From an uncultured Acidimicrobiia bacterium (GTDB lineage: Bacteria; Actinomycetota; Acidimicrobiia; Acidimicrobiales; AC-14): a stretch of 64,000 nucleotides of DNA. The notes beneath the pieces are model-generated. The model did not search any database. It was not told the DNA's origin and was given only the letters and a program-made list of their open reading frames with translations. A program made the position numbers and the translations under genes. The stretch lies in contig CAWIIV010000015.1 in assembly GCA_963836205.1 (NCBI GenBank), positions 224,001 through 288,000 of the forward strand, given 5' to 3'. Below, one piece after another: positions 22,801 to 34,852 of the stretch (position 1 is its first letter; the number at the start of each line of letters is the position of its first letter).

Positions 22801-23459
22801 CCCGCCCCGGCGCTGCCGCCGAAGACGTTGGCGATGCCGAGGATGCCGGTGTTGAGGGCGAAGGGGTTGTTGGTGGCGGCCCCGCTGGTGCCGGGGGTGC
22901 CGGAGGTGCCGGAGGTGGAGGCGGGGTTGGAGAGCGCGGTCGAGGTCGCGGCTCCGGTGTCGCCGGTGTTGGTGGCGCTGGACTGGGCTCGGGAGGCGCC
23001 GCTGTCGCCGGTGGTGGCGCTGGGGTTGGCGGTCACGTCGGCCGCCCCCCCGCCGCCGCCGCCGGAGCTCGACGTCGACACCACGTTGCCCTCGCCGATG
23101 ACGGCGCCGGGCACGAGGATGCCGCCGCTGCCGCCGTCGCCGCCGGCCACGATGACGGCCGACAGGTTGGTGGCGTCGCCCGTCTGGCCCGTCTCCGCCG
23201 AGGCGGTGGCCAGCGCCCCGGAGTTGGCGTTGCTGTTGGACCGGCCGGTGGCGGTGGCCGCCCCGCTCTCGCCGGTGGCGGGCACCGTCGACGACGTCGT
23301 GGTCGGGGTCGGGTCGGGCGCGACCGTGGTGGTCGGGCCTCCGTTGACCTGGCCCACCGCGGGCCCGGCCCCCAAAAAGACCAGGACCGTGGCGATCCCG
23401 GCGCCGATGAGGGCGCTGGCGGAGGTGACTCGTGCCGTTCCGGCGTTGCCGATTCTCAT
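10866..23459 (-). CDS. Giant (~4200 aa) G/A/S/T/D/N-rich repetitive cell-wall-anchored protein A (2 frameshifts)
   Basis: AAGGA RBS + ATG 23459 and signal peptide; roughly twenty ~183-aa repeats; frameshifts ~22530 and in the C6 run 11405-11410; 12-mer module, LARTG (10977-10991), TM, RRR, stop 10866. Confidence 0.85.
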
Positions 23460-23551
23460 GCTCAATCCTTTTTGATGTTGGCCCTCGACGGCCAAGTCAG
23501 GTTGACCCACGGTGCGACGCCGCAAATTGCCCGGCGCGGAGCAGGCGGCGA

Positions 23552-23582
23552 TTCCTAGCACTTCGTGTTTCGCCGCTACAAG
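23552..23582 (-). promoter_or_regulatory. Possible promoter for giant protein A
   Basis: Minus strand TTGTAG-N18-TAGGAA with TG extension, ~95 nt upstream of the ATG. Confidence 0.35.
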
Positions 23583-23789
23583 CACCTGGGAGGTGCGGGC
23601 GTGAGGCGCCCGAACCTCGTCAGGAGATGCGACCTGCCCCTGCGTGAGCGGGGGCTGGTACCCCTCCTGACCAGCCACGATGCCGGCGGACGGGGCGGCG
23701 GGGACTGCCCGCTCGCCGGCCGTGCCGGTGTCGTCCGGTCGGGGGGTGACCATGCGGTCGGTGTGTTGGAATGCGTTGGAGCCGGGAGC

Positions 23790-26700
23790 GGTGCGGCGGC
23801 GCCGTCCGCAGGCGAGGAGCAGGGCCCCCAGCAGGAGAAGGAGGGCGGCCAGGCGCAGGAGGAGGTCGGCACCGAGGCCGGTACGGGCCAGGGCGCCGGT
23901 GGCGGTGCCGGTGGAGGCGGCCGGGGCGGCGTGGCCGTCGGCGCTCGGGGATGGGTGGGCAGGGTCGGGGTGGCCGGCACCGGCGGGCGGGCAGGCGCCG
24001 GAGGCGGTGGAGTCGAAGAGGGCGGTGGAGCACCCGGAGGCGACCGAGCCGTCGATGGCGAGGGAGTTCCCGGAGGCCACCGAGTGGCGGTGGGCCTGGG
24101 CGCACCCGGAGGCGACGGAGTGGTCGGTGGCGATGGCGCAGCCGGAGGCGACCGAGGTGTGGTCGGCCAACGCAGCGCCCGACACGAGGCCGTCGGCGGG
24201 AGTGTTGGAAGCCTCGGCCGACCCGGTGTTGGAACCGGAGCCGCCCGAGCCGGAGCCGCCACCCGAGCCGGACTCGGAGCCGGAGCCGGAGCCGGAGCCT
24301 GAGCCGCCCGAGCCGGAGCCGCTCCCCGAGCCGGAGTCGGAGCCGGTCGGGGTGGCCGCAGCCGCAGTCGAGCCACCGCCGGGCCCGGCGCCGGTGCCGG
24401 TACCGGAACCACCGGTACCGCCCGCAGCGCCGGAGCCGGCGGTGCCCGTTCCGGAGCCGGCCGTCCCGCCCCCGCCGGCCAGGCTCCCGGAAAGCTGTGA
24501 TGCCCCAAGCGACTCGGCTGCCCCAAGCGACTCGGCTGCCCCAAGCGACTCGGCTGCCCCAAGGGGCTGGGCGGCGGGGGCGGGCTCCGATCCGTCGGCG
24601 GCGGCAGCCATCGCGGGGGCAGCCAGGACGATTGGGGCTGTTCCAAGGGCCACCGTGGCGCTGCCGAGCAGGGCGGTGTTGGAGGCCGTCGGGGAAGTGT
24701 TGGAAGGGCCGCTGCCGCCGCTGGGGCCGCTGTCGCCCGAGGCGGAGGCGGGTGCGGCGAGGGCGGAGGAGGTGGCGGCGCCGGTGCGGGCGGAGTTGGT
24801 GGCGCTGACCCGGGCGGCCGAGGTGCCCGAGCCGCCGCTGGTGGCGACGGGGGCGGCGGTGACGGTGGCGTCGCCGCCGGAGCCGGCACCGGCCGAGGAG
24901 AGGGCGATGGTGGAGCCGGCCAGGGTGAGGACTTCGGCGCCGGCGGGCAGGGCGCCGACCTGGGTGGCGGTACCGGCCAGGCCCGAGGAGGCGGCGGCCG
25001 AACCACCGGAGGCCGCCCCGGCGCCGCCGAAGATGCCGGCGACGATGGCGTTGACGGCGTCGCCAGTTTCGCCCGACAGGGCGTCGGCGGCACCGTTGGC
25101 GCCCGAGTTGGCGGAGGCGTCGGCGCCGCCGTCGGAAGTGGCGGGGCCGGTGGACCCGGTGGTGCCGGAGTCGCCCGAGCCGGTGGCGGGAGCGCCGGCG
25201 GCCACGGTGGCCGTCCCGGCCAGACCGGTGTTGGTGGCGGTGGCGGCGAGGATGGTGTTGCCGGTGGCGCCGGATGCCCCCGAGTTGCCCGACCGGGCGA
25301 CGGGCAGGGAGGCCGCGACCGATGTCGCGGGGCCGGTGGCGCCGGTGTTGGTGGCGCTCGACTGGGAGGTGGCGTCGCCCGACCGGCCGGAGGTGGCGAC
25401 CGGGTTGAGGGAGACGGTGGTGTCGCCACCGTCGCCACCGGGGGCGTCGGCGATGGCGGCTGAGGTGCCACCGAAGGTGAGGACGACAGCGTCGCCGACG
25501 GTGGCGACGGCAGCCAGGGCGTCGCCGCCGTCGGCGCTGGTGGCGGTGACGATCGCCGCCGGGGCCGGCGGCGCCGCCCACAGTGAAGGCGGCGATCAGG
25601 TTGGCGGCGGAGCCGGTGTCGCCGGAGCGGGTGTCGGAGCCGGCCCAGGCGCCGCTGTTGGCCAGCGAGTCGACCTCGCCGCCGGCCGAAGCGGAGCCGG
25701 TGCCGCCGGTGCCGCCGGAGTCGCCCGAACCGGTGCCGTCGCCCACGACCACGGCGGCAGTGCCGAGGATGGCGGTGTTGGAGGCGGTGGCGGTGACGGC
25801 GGCGCTGCCGGTGGTGCCGCTGGCCCCACTGTCGCCGGAGACGGCGGTGGGGCTGGCGGTGGCGGTGCTGAGGGCGGAGCCGGTGGCGCCCGAGTTGGTG
25901 GCGCTGGACTGGGCCGTGCTGGCGCCGGTGGCCCCCGAGGTGGCCTGCGGGGCAGCGGAGAGGGTGGCCGCGCCGCCCGCTCCCCCGCCGGCGTCGCCGA
26001 TGGCCACCGACGAACCGGCCCGGGTGAAGACCGTCGTGTCGCCCGCGGCGGCGGTGACGGCGCTGGTGGCGTCGCCCCCGGGACCGCCGGCGACCGCCGC
26101 CCCGCCCCCGCCGCCGACGCCCGATCCGCCGGTGGCGAAGAGGGTGAGGCCGCTGGCCGCGGGGCCGCTGTCGCCCGAGTCGGCGTCGGAGTCGGCCTGG
26201 GCGCCGCTGTTGGCAGACGACTCGGCCTCGCTGTCGCTGGTGGCCGAACCGGTGCCGCCAGTGCCGCCGGAGCCGCCCGAACCGGCCCCGCCGGCGGAGG
26301 CGACGACCGAGCCGAGGAGGGCGTTATTACTGGCGCGCACGGTGACGGCGGCCGATCCGGTAGGGCCGGAGGCGCCCGAATTGCCCGACGTGGCCGTCGG
26401 CGAGGTGGTGGCGGAGCTGGCCACCGAGCCGGTTGCGCCGGTGTTGGTGGCGCTCGACTGGCCGGTGGCGGCACCCGTCGAACCCGACGTGGCGGTGGGG
26501 TTGGCGATCACGATGCCCTCGCCGCCGGTGCCGCCGGTGGCGTCGAGGGTGGCGACAGTGGAGCCGGCGAAGGTGAGGACGGTGACGGGGCCGGTGCCGG
26601 CGGCGACGATGGCGGTGGCCGTCCCGCCGGGGCCGGAGAGGGCGCGACCGTCGCCACCGGGACCTCCGGGGCCGCCGGCCGCAGCCAGCAGGAGGGTGTT

Positions 26701-29700
26701 GGTGGCGGGGCCGATGGCGCCCGAGTCGGCGTCGGCGTCGCCGTGGGCGCCGGTGTTGCCGTCGGAGTCGGCCTCGGCGTCGATGTCGACATCGCCCGTC
26801 CCGCCGGTGCCGCCCGAGTTGCCCGACCCGGTGGCGGTGGTGATGGAGACGTCGGCCGGCGAGGTGTTGGAGACGAGGAGGGGGTTGACGACGGCCGTTC
26901 CCAAGACCGGGGCGGTGTTGGAAGCGGACGCGTCGGACGTGGTGGAGCCGGTGGCGCCGCTGTCGCCCGAGGCGCCTGAGGCGCCGGTGGGCGAGGCGGT
27001 GGCGGTGCTGTAGGCGGGACCGGTGGCGCCGGTGTTGGTGGCGCTCGACTGGGCGGTGGCCGGGCCCGACCCACCCGAGGTGGCCACGGGGGCGGCGTTG
27101 ACGATGGCGTCGCCGCCGTCGCCGCCGCTGGCGTCGGTGACCGCCACCGAGGACCCGGCGGTGGTGATGACGGCGGTGGTGTCGCCACCGGCGGCGACCA
27201 CGGCCACGGCTGGGCCGCCGGCGCCGGAGATCGAGCCCGCGTCTCCCGCGGCCCCGCCGTTGCCAACGCCGACACCGACACCGACGATGAGGAGCTCGTT
27301 GGAGGCGGGGCCGCTCTCGCCGGAGGTGGCCTCGCCGGTGGCGGCGGCGCCCGCGTTGCCGACCGACTCGGCCTCGGCGTCGAGGTCGACGTCGCCCGTG
27401 TCGCCGGTGTCGCCCGAGTTGCCGGAGGTGGTGATGGAGGCGATCGCCAGGTCGGCGCCGGCGTTGACGACGAAGACCGGGCTGACGACGGCCGTCCCGA
27501 AGAGGGCGCTGTTGGTGGCGGTCTGGGTGGCGCTGACGGCTCCGGTATCGCCGGTGTCGCCCGAGCTCCCGGAGGTGCCGGACGGGTTGGAGGTGGCGGT
27601 GCTGGTCGCCCCGCCGGTGGTGCCGTCGTTGGTGGCGCTGGTCTGGGCGACCGCGGCACCGGTGGCGCCCGAGGTGGCGACCGGGCTGGCGGTGACGATC
27701 AGGTCGCCGCCGTCGCCGCCGTCGGCGGAGGAGATGGCGACGCTGGAACCGCCGGTGGTGTCGACCACGACGGTGCCCGTGCCGGCGGTGATGGCGGAGG
27801 TGGCCGAACCGCCCACGACCGAGGTCGACGATCCGCCGTCGCCGGCGTCGCCGCCGCTGGTGCCGACGGACAGGACGCCGATGGCGTTGGTGGCGGGTCC
27901 GGAGTCGCCCGAGTCGGCCTCGCTGTGGGACTCGGCGCCGGTGTTGGCGATCGACTCGGCCTCGCCGTCGACGTCGACGTCGCCGGTGGCGCCCGAGTCG
28001 CCGGAGTCGCCCGAGCCGATCCCGCCGGCGAGGGTGACGTCGCCCCCGCCGGGGGCAACCACGACGGCGACCGGGCTGACCAGGGCAGTGCCGAAGGCGG
28101 CGGTGTTGGTGGCGGTGCGGGTGACGCTGGCCGGGCCGGTGTCGCCGGTGGTGCCGGAGTCGCCCGACCGGCCGGTGGGCGAGGAGTCGGCCGAGCTGGC
28201 CGCGCCGCCGGTGGCGCCGGTGTTGGTGGCGCTCGACTGGGCGGTGGCGGGGCCGGTGGCGCCGGAGGTGGCGACCGGGCTGAGCGAGACGGTGGTGGCG
28301 CCGGCGTCGCCGCCATTGGCCGAGGTGGTGGCCACGCTGGCCCCGCCGGTGGCGAAGGAGACCACGTCGCCGGTGGCGCCGATGACACCGGCGAGGGCCG
28401 ATCCGCCCGGGCCGGACACGGCGGAGGCGCCGTCGCCGCCGTCGGCCCCGGCCCCGCCCACCGAGAACACGCCGATCACGTTGGCGGCGGTGCCGCTGCC
28501 GCCCGAGTTGGCGTCGGCGTTGGAGTCGGCGCCGGTGTTGGAGATCGACTCGGCCTCGCCGTCGACGTCGACGCCGCCGGTGGGACCGGTGCTGCCGGTG
28601 TCGCCGGAGCCGACCGAGAAGGGGGCGCCGGGGACCGAGGCGACGATCGCCGTCCCGCCGAGGGCGGTGTTGGTGGCGGTGGCGTTGTCGACGTCGGCAC
28701 CGGTGGAGCCGCCGAAGATCCCGGCCGTCCCGAAGATGCCGCTGTTGGTGGCCGAGGTGTTGGAGGTGGTCGCGCCGCTGCTGCCGGTGTTGCCCGAGTT
28801 GCCGCTCACGCCCGAGGGCGAGGAGGTGGCGGAGCTGGCCGCGTCGCCGGTGGTGCCAGTGTTGGTGGAGCTCGACTGGGCGACAGTGGCGCCGGTGGAG
28901 CCGGTGGTGGCCACGGGGGCGGCGGTGATGGTGACGTCTCCCCCGTCGCCGCCGTCGGCGCTGACGGTGGCGATCGACGAGCCGCCGGTGGTGTCGGCGT
29001 AGACCAGGCCGCTGCCGCCGGTGACGTCGAGGGTGGCGTCGCCGCCGGGGCCGGCCGTGGCCGAGGCGTCGTCGCCGCCGTCGCCGCCGGGGCCGCCGAT
29101 GCCGACCAGCAGGAGGGCGTTGACCGCGTCGCCGGACGGGCCCGACTCGGCGTCGGCCGCCGAGTGGGCGCCGGTGTTGGCGACCGAGGAGGCGGTGCCG
29201 GTGACGGTGACGTCGCCGGTGGACGCCCGAGTCGCCGCCGGTGCCGGACGTGGTGCCGGAGTTGCCGGACGTGGCGTGGGGGTCGGAGGCGGCCGAGCTG
29301 GCGGCGTCGCCGGTGGCGCCCGAGTTGGTGGTGCTGGTGCGGGCGGCGGCGGCGCCGGAGTCGCCGGTGCGGGCGACCGGGCTGGCGCTGATGGAGACGT
29401 CGCCGCCGTCGCCGCCGGCCGCCGAGACGGTGGCCACGCTGTCGCCGCCGTTGGTGGTGACCACGACCGGGCCGGTGGTGCCGGTGACGGTGGTGGAAGC
29501 GTCGCCGCCGTCGGCCGCGGTGGCCAGGGCGCCGTCGCCGCCGCCGCCGCCGGGGCCGCCCACGCCGATGAGGGTGATGACGTTGGCGGCAGTGCCGGTT
29601 TCGCCCGAGCCCGAGCTCGACCCGGCGTCGGCGACGGAGCCGCTGTTGGCGCCCGAGTCGACGTCGGCGATACCGGCGCTGTCGCCCGTCCCGCCCGAGT

Positions 29701-32700
29701 CGCCCGAATCGCCCGAGTCGCCCGAGCCCGCTGTGCCGCTGAGCACGATGGCCGAGCCGAGGATGCCGCTGTTGGTGGCGGTGCGGTTGCTGATGGAGTC
29801 GCCGCCGGCGCCGGTGGGGCCGGAATCGCCCGAGGCGGCGGTGGGCCGGGCCGAGGCCGAGCTGCTGGCGTCGCCCGTGTCACCGGTGTTGGTGGCGCTG
29901 GCCTGGGCGGTGGACGAACCCGAGCTGCCGGAGATGGCGGTGGGGCTGGCGGTGAGGGAGACGTCGCCGCCGTCGCCGCCGCCCACGTCGATGTTGGCCA
30001 CGCTCGAGCCGCCGGTGGTGGTGGCCACGATGGGGCCGGTGCCGGTGATGCCGTTGGTGGCGGTGCCGGCGGCGCCCGTGACGGCGGTGCCGGTGCCGGC
30101 GTCGCCGCCGTCGCCACCGATGGCGACCATGGTGATCTCGTTGGTGGCGTCGCCGGTGGTGCCGGTGGTGGCGTCGGAGGCGGCGTGGGCGCCGGTGTTG
30201 GCGACCGAACGGACGTCGGCGTCGGCCCTGGCGTCGCCGGTGTTGCCGGAGTCGCCGGAGCCGCCGCTCTGAGCAGCGCCGGTGCCGGGGGCGGTCGCAG
30301 CCAGGATGGCGGTGGCCGAGCCCAGGAGGCCGGTGTTGGTGGCGACGACGTTGGTGGTCGACGAGCCCGAGTTGCCGGAGGCGCCGGAGTTGCCCGAGTG
30401 GGCGACGGGGTCGGACGACGACGAGCTGGCGGCGGGGCCGGTGCGGCCGGTGTTGGTGGCGCTCACCTGCGCGGTGGCGTCGCCCGAGTTCCCGGTGCGG
30501 GCGACCGGGTCGGCGGTGGTGGTGAAGTCGCCCGCGTCGCCACCGGCGCCATCGGCGGCGGCGACGGTGCTGCCGGCGACGGCGGAGGCGTTGATGGTGC
30601 CGGTGCCGCCGAGGGCGTTGGTGGCGATGGCACCCGGGCCGGCGATTGCCGAGGCACTGCCGCCGGTGCCGCCGGAGGTCGGGAAGGCGAGGACGTCGGC
30701 GGTGTTGGCGGCGGTGCCGGTGTCACCGGAGACGGCGTCGGCGGCGGCCCGGGCGCCGGTGTTGGCGGTGGCGTCGGCCAGGCCGTCGGCGTTGGCCCCG
30801 CCGGTGTCGCCGGTGGCGCCCGAGGTGCCGGAGCCGGCGGCGCCGCCGGTGGCGGTGGCCGAGCCGAGGATGCCGTCGTTGGTGGCGGTGACGTCGCTGG
30901 CGGCATTGCCGGTGGCGCCCGAGTTGCCGGAGTTGCCGGAGGTGGCGACCGGGTTGGAGGTGGCCGAGCTGGCGGCGGGGCCGGTGGTGCCCGAGTTGGA
31001 GGCGCTGGCCTGGGCGGTGACGTCACCGGAGTCACCGGAGACGGCGACCGGGTTGACCGAGGTGGTGACGTCGCCACCGTCGCCGCCACCACCGTTGGCG
31101 AGGGCGAGCGACGAGCCGCCGACCACGGTGGCGGAGAGGGTGTCGAACGGACCGGCGACGACGTTGATGGCGGCGCCGGCCGCACCATTGGTGGCGGAGT
31201 CGGCGGTGGCGTCGCCGCCGGCACCGGCCGTGCCGCCGATGCCGACGATCGTCGTGGCGTTGGTGGCGTCGCCCGTATCGCCCGAGACGGCGTCGGCGTC
31301 GGCGTTGGCACCGGTGTTGGCGGTGGAGGGGGCGGTGCCGATCGGCGTCGGCGTCGCCCGATGCCCCGGTACCGCCCGAGCCGCCGCTCGTGGCGCCGCC
31401 GCCGGTGGCGGAGGCGTTGCCGAGGATCGACGGGTTGGTGGCCGTCGTGGTGCTGGAGGCGTTGCCGGTCGGGCCCGAGTTGCCGGAGTTGCCGGAGGTG
31501 GCCGACGGGTTGGAGGTCGACGAGCTGTCGGCGGCACCGGTGTCGCCCGAGTTGTCGGCGCTCGACTGGGCGCTGGCGTTGCCGGAGTTGCCGGTGATGG
31601 CCACCGGGTTGACCGTCACGTCGATCGACCCACCGTCGCCGCCGCTGGCGTCGCTGTCGGAGATCGAGGAGCCGCCGCGGGTGATGGCCGTGACCGAGGC
31701 GGCGTTGCCGGCGACGGTGTTGCCGGCGGCGCCGGCGGCGCCGGACTGCGAGGTGGCGGTGTTTCCGGTGGCGTCGGCGCCGGTGCCACCGAGGGCGGCG
31801 ACCGTGGTGTTGTTGGTGGCGTCGCCGGTGTCGCCCGAGGTGGCATTGGCGTCGGAGTGGGCGCCGGTGTTGGCGACCGAGTCGGCGGTGCCGTCGGCGG
31901 TGGCGCCGCCGGTGGTGCCGGTGCCGCCCGAGCCGCCCGAGGTGGCGGGGCCGCCGGTGGCGGATGCGCTGCCGAGGATGGCCGAGTTGCCGGCGGTGGT
32001 GTTGCTGGTGGCCGAGCCGGTGGGGCCGGTGTTGCCCGACGTGCCCGAGGTGGCGACCGGGTTGGAGGTCGACCAGCTGGAGGCGGCGCCGGTGTCGCCA
32101 CTGTTGGAGGCGCTCGACTGGGCCGAGGCGTTGCCGGTGCTGCCGGAGATGGCGGTGGGGCTGACCTTCACCGTGACGTCGCCGCCGTCGCCGCCGGCGC
32201 CGATGGCGGAGGCGATCGACGAGCCGCCGATGACGGTGGAGGTGACGGGGCTGGTGCCGACGCCGGTGACCGTGTTGCTGGCCGAGCCGGCCGTGCCCGA
32301 GACGGCGTTGGCCGAGCCGCCGCGGCCGCCGTTGCCGCCGACGCCGACGACGACCGTGTTGTTGACCACGTCGCCGCTGTCGCCCGAGGTGGCGGTGGCG
32401 TTGGAGGCGGCGCCGGTGTTGGCGGTGCTGCCGGCGTCGCCGTCGGCGGTGGCGTTGCCGCTGCCGCCCGAGGTGCCCGAGTTGCCGGAGGTCACCGGGC
32501 CGCCACTGGCCGTCGCGCTGCCGAGGAGGCCGCTGTTGTCGGCGCTGGTGTTGCCGGTGGCGCCGCCCGTTCCGCCGGTGGCGCCGGAGTTGCCGGAGGT
32601 GGCCACCGGGTCGGAGCTCGACGAGCTGTTGGCCGCACCGGTGTTGCCGGTGTTGGTGGCGCTCGACTGGGCGCTGGCGTCGCCGGTACCGCCGGTGCCG

Positions 32701-34656
32701 CCGCTGGTGGCCGTCGGGTTGACGACGACGTTGACGCTGCCGCCTTCGCCGCCACCGGCGTCGGCCAGTGGCGAGGCTGGCGCCGCCGACCGCGGTGGCG
32801 TTGATGGCGCCACTGCCGACGGCGATGTTGGTGGCGCTGCCGCCGGTGCCCGAGACCGCCGAGGCGTTGCCGGCGTCGCCGCCGTTGCCGCCGACTCCGC
32901 CGACCGCCGTCGAGTTGGACGCGGTGCCGCTGCCGCCGCTCGACGCGCTGGGCGAGAGGTTGACGGACACGTCGCCGCCGTCGCCGCCGCTGGCGTCGGC
33001 GATGGCGACGCTCGACCCGCCGATGGCCGTGGCGTTGATCGTGCCGGCGCCCGTGGTGACCACCATGTTGTTGGCGTTGCCGCCGGCGCCCGAGGTGGCG
33101 GTGGCGTTTCCGCCCTGGCCGCCCTGGCCGCCCTGCACCGTCACGTTGATGGTGTTGGTGGCCCCGCCGCTCGAGCCGGTGGTGGCGTTGGCGTTGGAGT
33201 TGGCTCCGGTGTTGGCGGTGGAGTCCGAGCCGCCGGTGGCGGTGGAGTCACCGGTGCCGCCCGAGTTGCCGGAGCCCCCGGAGGTGACGGGACTGCCGCC
33301 GGCGTTCGTCTGGCCGGCGATGCCCGCGTTGTCGCTGTTGGTCCCGGTCGTTCCGCTGCCACCGTTTCCGGTGCCCGACGACGAACCGGTGCCGGCTGAA
33401 GGAGACGTCGTCGTGTTGGACGACGCTCCGCCGGTTGAACCGTTGTTGGTGCTTCCTGCGGAGGAGTCCGCACTCCCCGAGGAACCTGTGCCTGCTGTTG
33501 GACTTCCGGTTGCGCCTGCGCTTCCGCCGTTGCCGCCGTTCGACCTTCCGAATCCCCTGCTCGTACCTCCGACGGCAGTGCCAGTCCCATCCCCACCGCC
33601 GATGGCGAGGACGAGGTTGTTGGCACTGCCTGCAGTGCCACCTTGATGGTCACCGCCCATTCCGATCCCGTTGGCGTACCGGCCGCGTCCGATGGCGACG
33701 CAGAGGTCGTCTGCGTTGCCGCCGCCGGGCCCGCCAACAGCCGAGCAGTCAGCGTTGCCACCAACCGCGATCCCGGTCGTCCTGGCATCGCCGCGCGACC
33801 CTCCGGTGGAGGAGGCGCTGACGTTGCCGCCGACCGCGATGACGGTGCTCGACGAGCTCTGGTTCGCCGGGGCCTGTGAGTGGCCCTTGGCGTCGCAGTC
33901 CCGACCGATCACGATCATCAGGACGTTGGTGACATCACCGTTGGAAATCGTCCGGCAGCGACCGTTGCGGGTGAACGTCACGCCGCTCGATCCGGAGCCG
34001 TCGGTCTCGTTCCCGGCAAGCATCTCGGCGGCGGCGACACGGTCGGTGGAGTCGGGCAGCGAAGCCCGCACCGTCGAGTGCGTCACGCCGCTGGCGTCGG
34101 CTGCCGAGCCGAGCAGGTTGGCGATGGCCACCGTGGGGTTGTCGCTCGGGGCCGGAGTGCCGTTGGACGACTCGGTGGTCGACACGGACTCCGACGACGG
34201 CGACGCCGACGAGAGGATGTTGGATGAGATCTCCGGGTCGGTTGCGGCCTGGGCTGCCTTTTGGTCGCTGCGCCGGTTGATGACGATCGGCGAGCCTCCA
34301 TCACCGTTGCCCGTGTTGGACGACGGGCCGGTGAGGAGCTGCGTGGGCGAGACGGGCGTGGCCTGGTCGGGCATCGGGGCCACCGTGGTGGGCGGCGTGG
34401 CCGCCTCATCCGTGGTGGATGCGGTGCTGGAGGTGTCGGCGGGGGCGTCGGCCGCGACCGTGGTCGTGGGCGTGCTCTCCGCTGCCACCTCCTCCGTAGG
34501 CGTGGCCTGGGCCTCGTCGGCGGTAGCGGGGCCCGCACCCAGCGTGAGCAGGCAGAACCCCACCAGCAGACCGAGGAGCGCGACCCACCGCAGGGGCCTC
34601 ACCACATCGGACTTGGGGGTGTCGCGCACGCTGTTTCGGACCTGCTCCTGACGCAT
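23790..34656 (-). CDS. Giant (~3600 aa) repetitive cell-wall-anchored protein B (4 frameshifts; stop codon not resolved)
   Basis: Signal peptide (..GAGPATA/D), distinct Cys-containing N-terminal region, ~180-aa repeats like protein A; frameshifts ~32770, ~31342, ~29225, ~25553; GS linker, 12-mer module, LARTG (23877-23891), TM, RRRR. Confidence 0.82.
24503..24563 (-). repeat. 18-bp tandem repeat x3 encoding LGAAES in the linker of protein B
   Basis: CCCCAAGCGACTCGGCTG repeated three times. Confidence 0.9.
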
Positions 34657-34699
34657 TGTCGGGGCGCGAAGGGCGAAATCCCTCCGGCTGGACGGGAGT

Positions 34700-34728
34700 T
34701 GTCTACCACGGCACCCCGGGGGTGACAA
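34700..34728 (-). promoter_or_regulatory. Sigma70-type promoter for giant protein B
   Basis: TTGTCA-N17-TAGACA on the minus strand, 44 nt upstream of ATG 34656. Confidence 0.6.
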
Positions 34729-34761
34729 GGCACCCTCGTGCCCTCTGACCTGCACTTTCGC

Positions 34762-34803
34762 CCTGTTGGAAGCCTGTTGGAGAACCAACACTTCGCGTTG
34801 GAA
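34762..34803. promoter_or_regulatory. Putative operator: direct and inverted TGTTGG repeats
   Basis: CCTGTTGGA at 34762 and 34773 (11-bp period), palindrome TGTTGG-AGAA-CCAACA, further GTTGGAA at 34797. Confidence 0.5.
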
Positions 34804-34852
34804 CGGCCAGTGGTGGCCCGGGCGGTTTTCCCCAGCCCCGGGAGGCGTCGGA

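Noticed and set aside
23460-23640. Riboswitch (c-di-AMP/c-di-GMP) upstream of protein A
   Set aside because: Only a short CCCGAACC-like resemblance, on the wrong strand; core consensus elements not found by eye.
11700-33300. PE_PGRS, ice-nucleation, curli or chaplin identity for the giant proteins
   Set aside because: No PE domain, no AGYGSTxT 16-mers, no curli Q/N consensus and no chaplin GN..Q.P...P.N.CGN motif visible; the resemblance is compositional only.
10836-33646. Very long plus-strand ORFs (e.g. 10836..15884, 19518..23558) rich in P/V/A/E/L
   Set aside because: Antisense shadows of the G/A/S/T-coding minus-strand genes; no signal peptides or motifs of their own.
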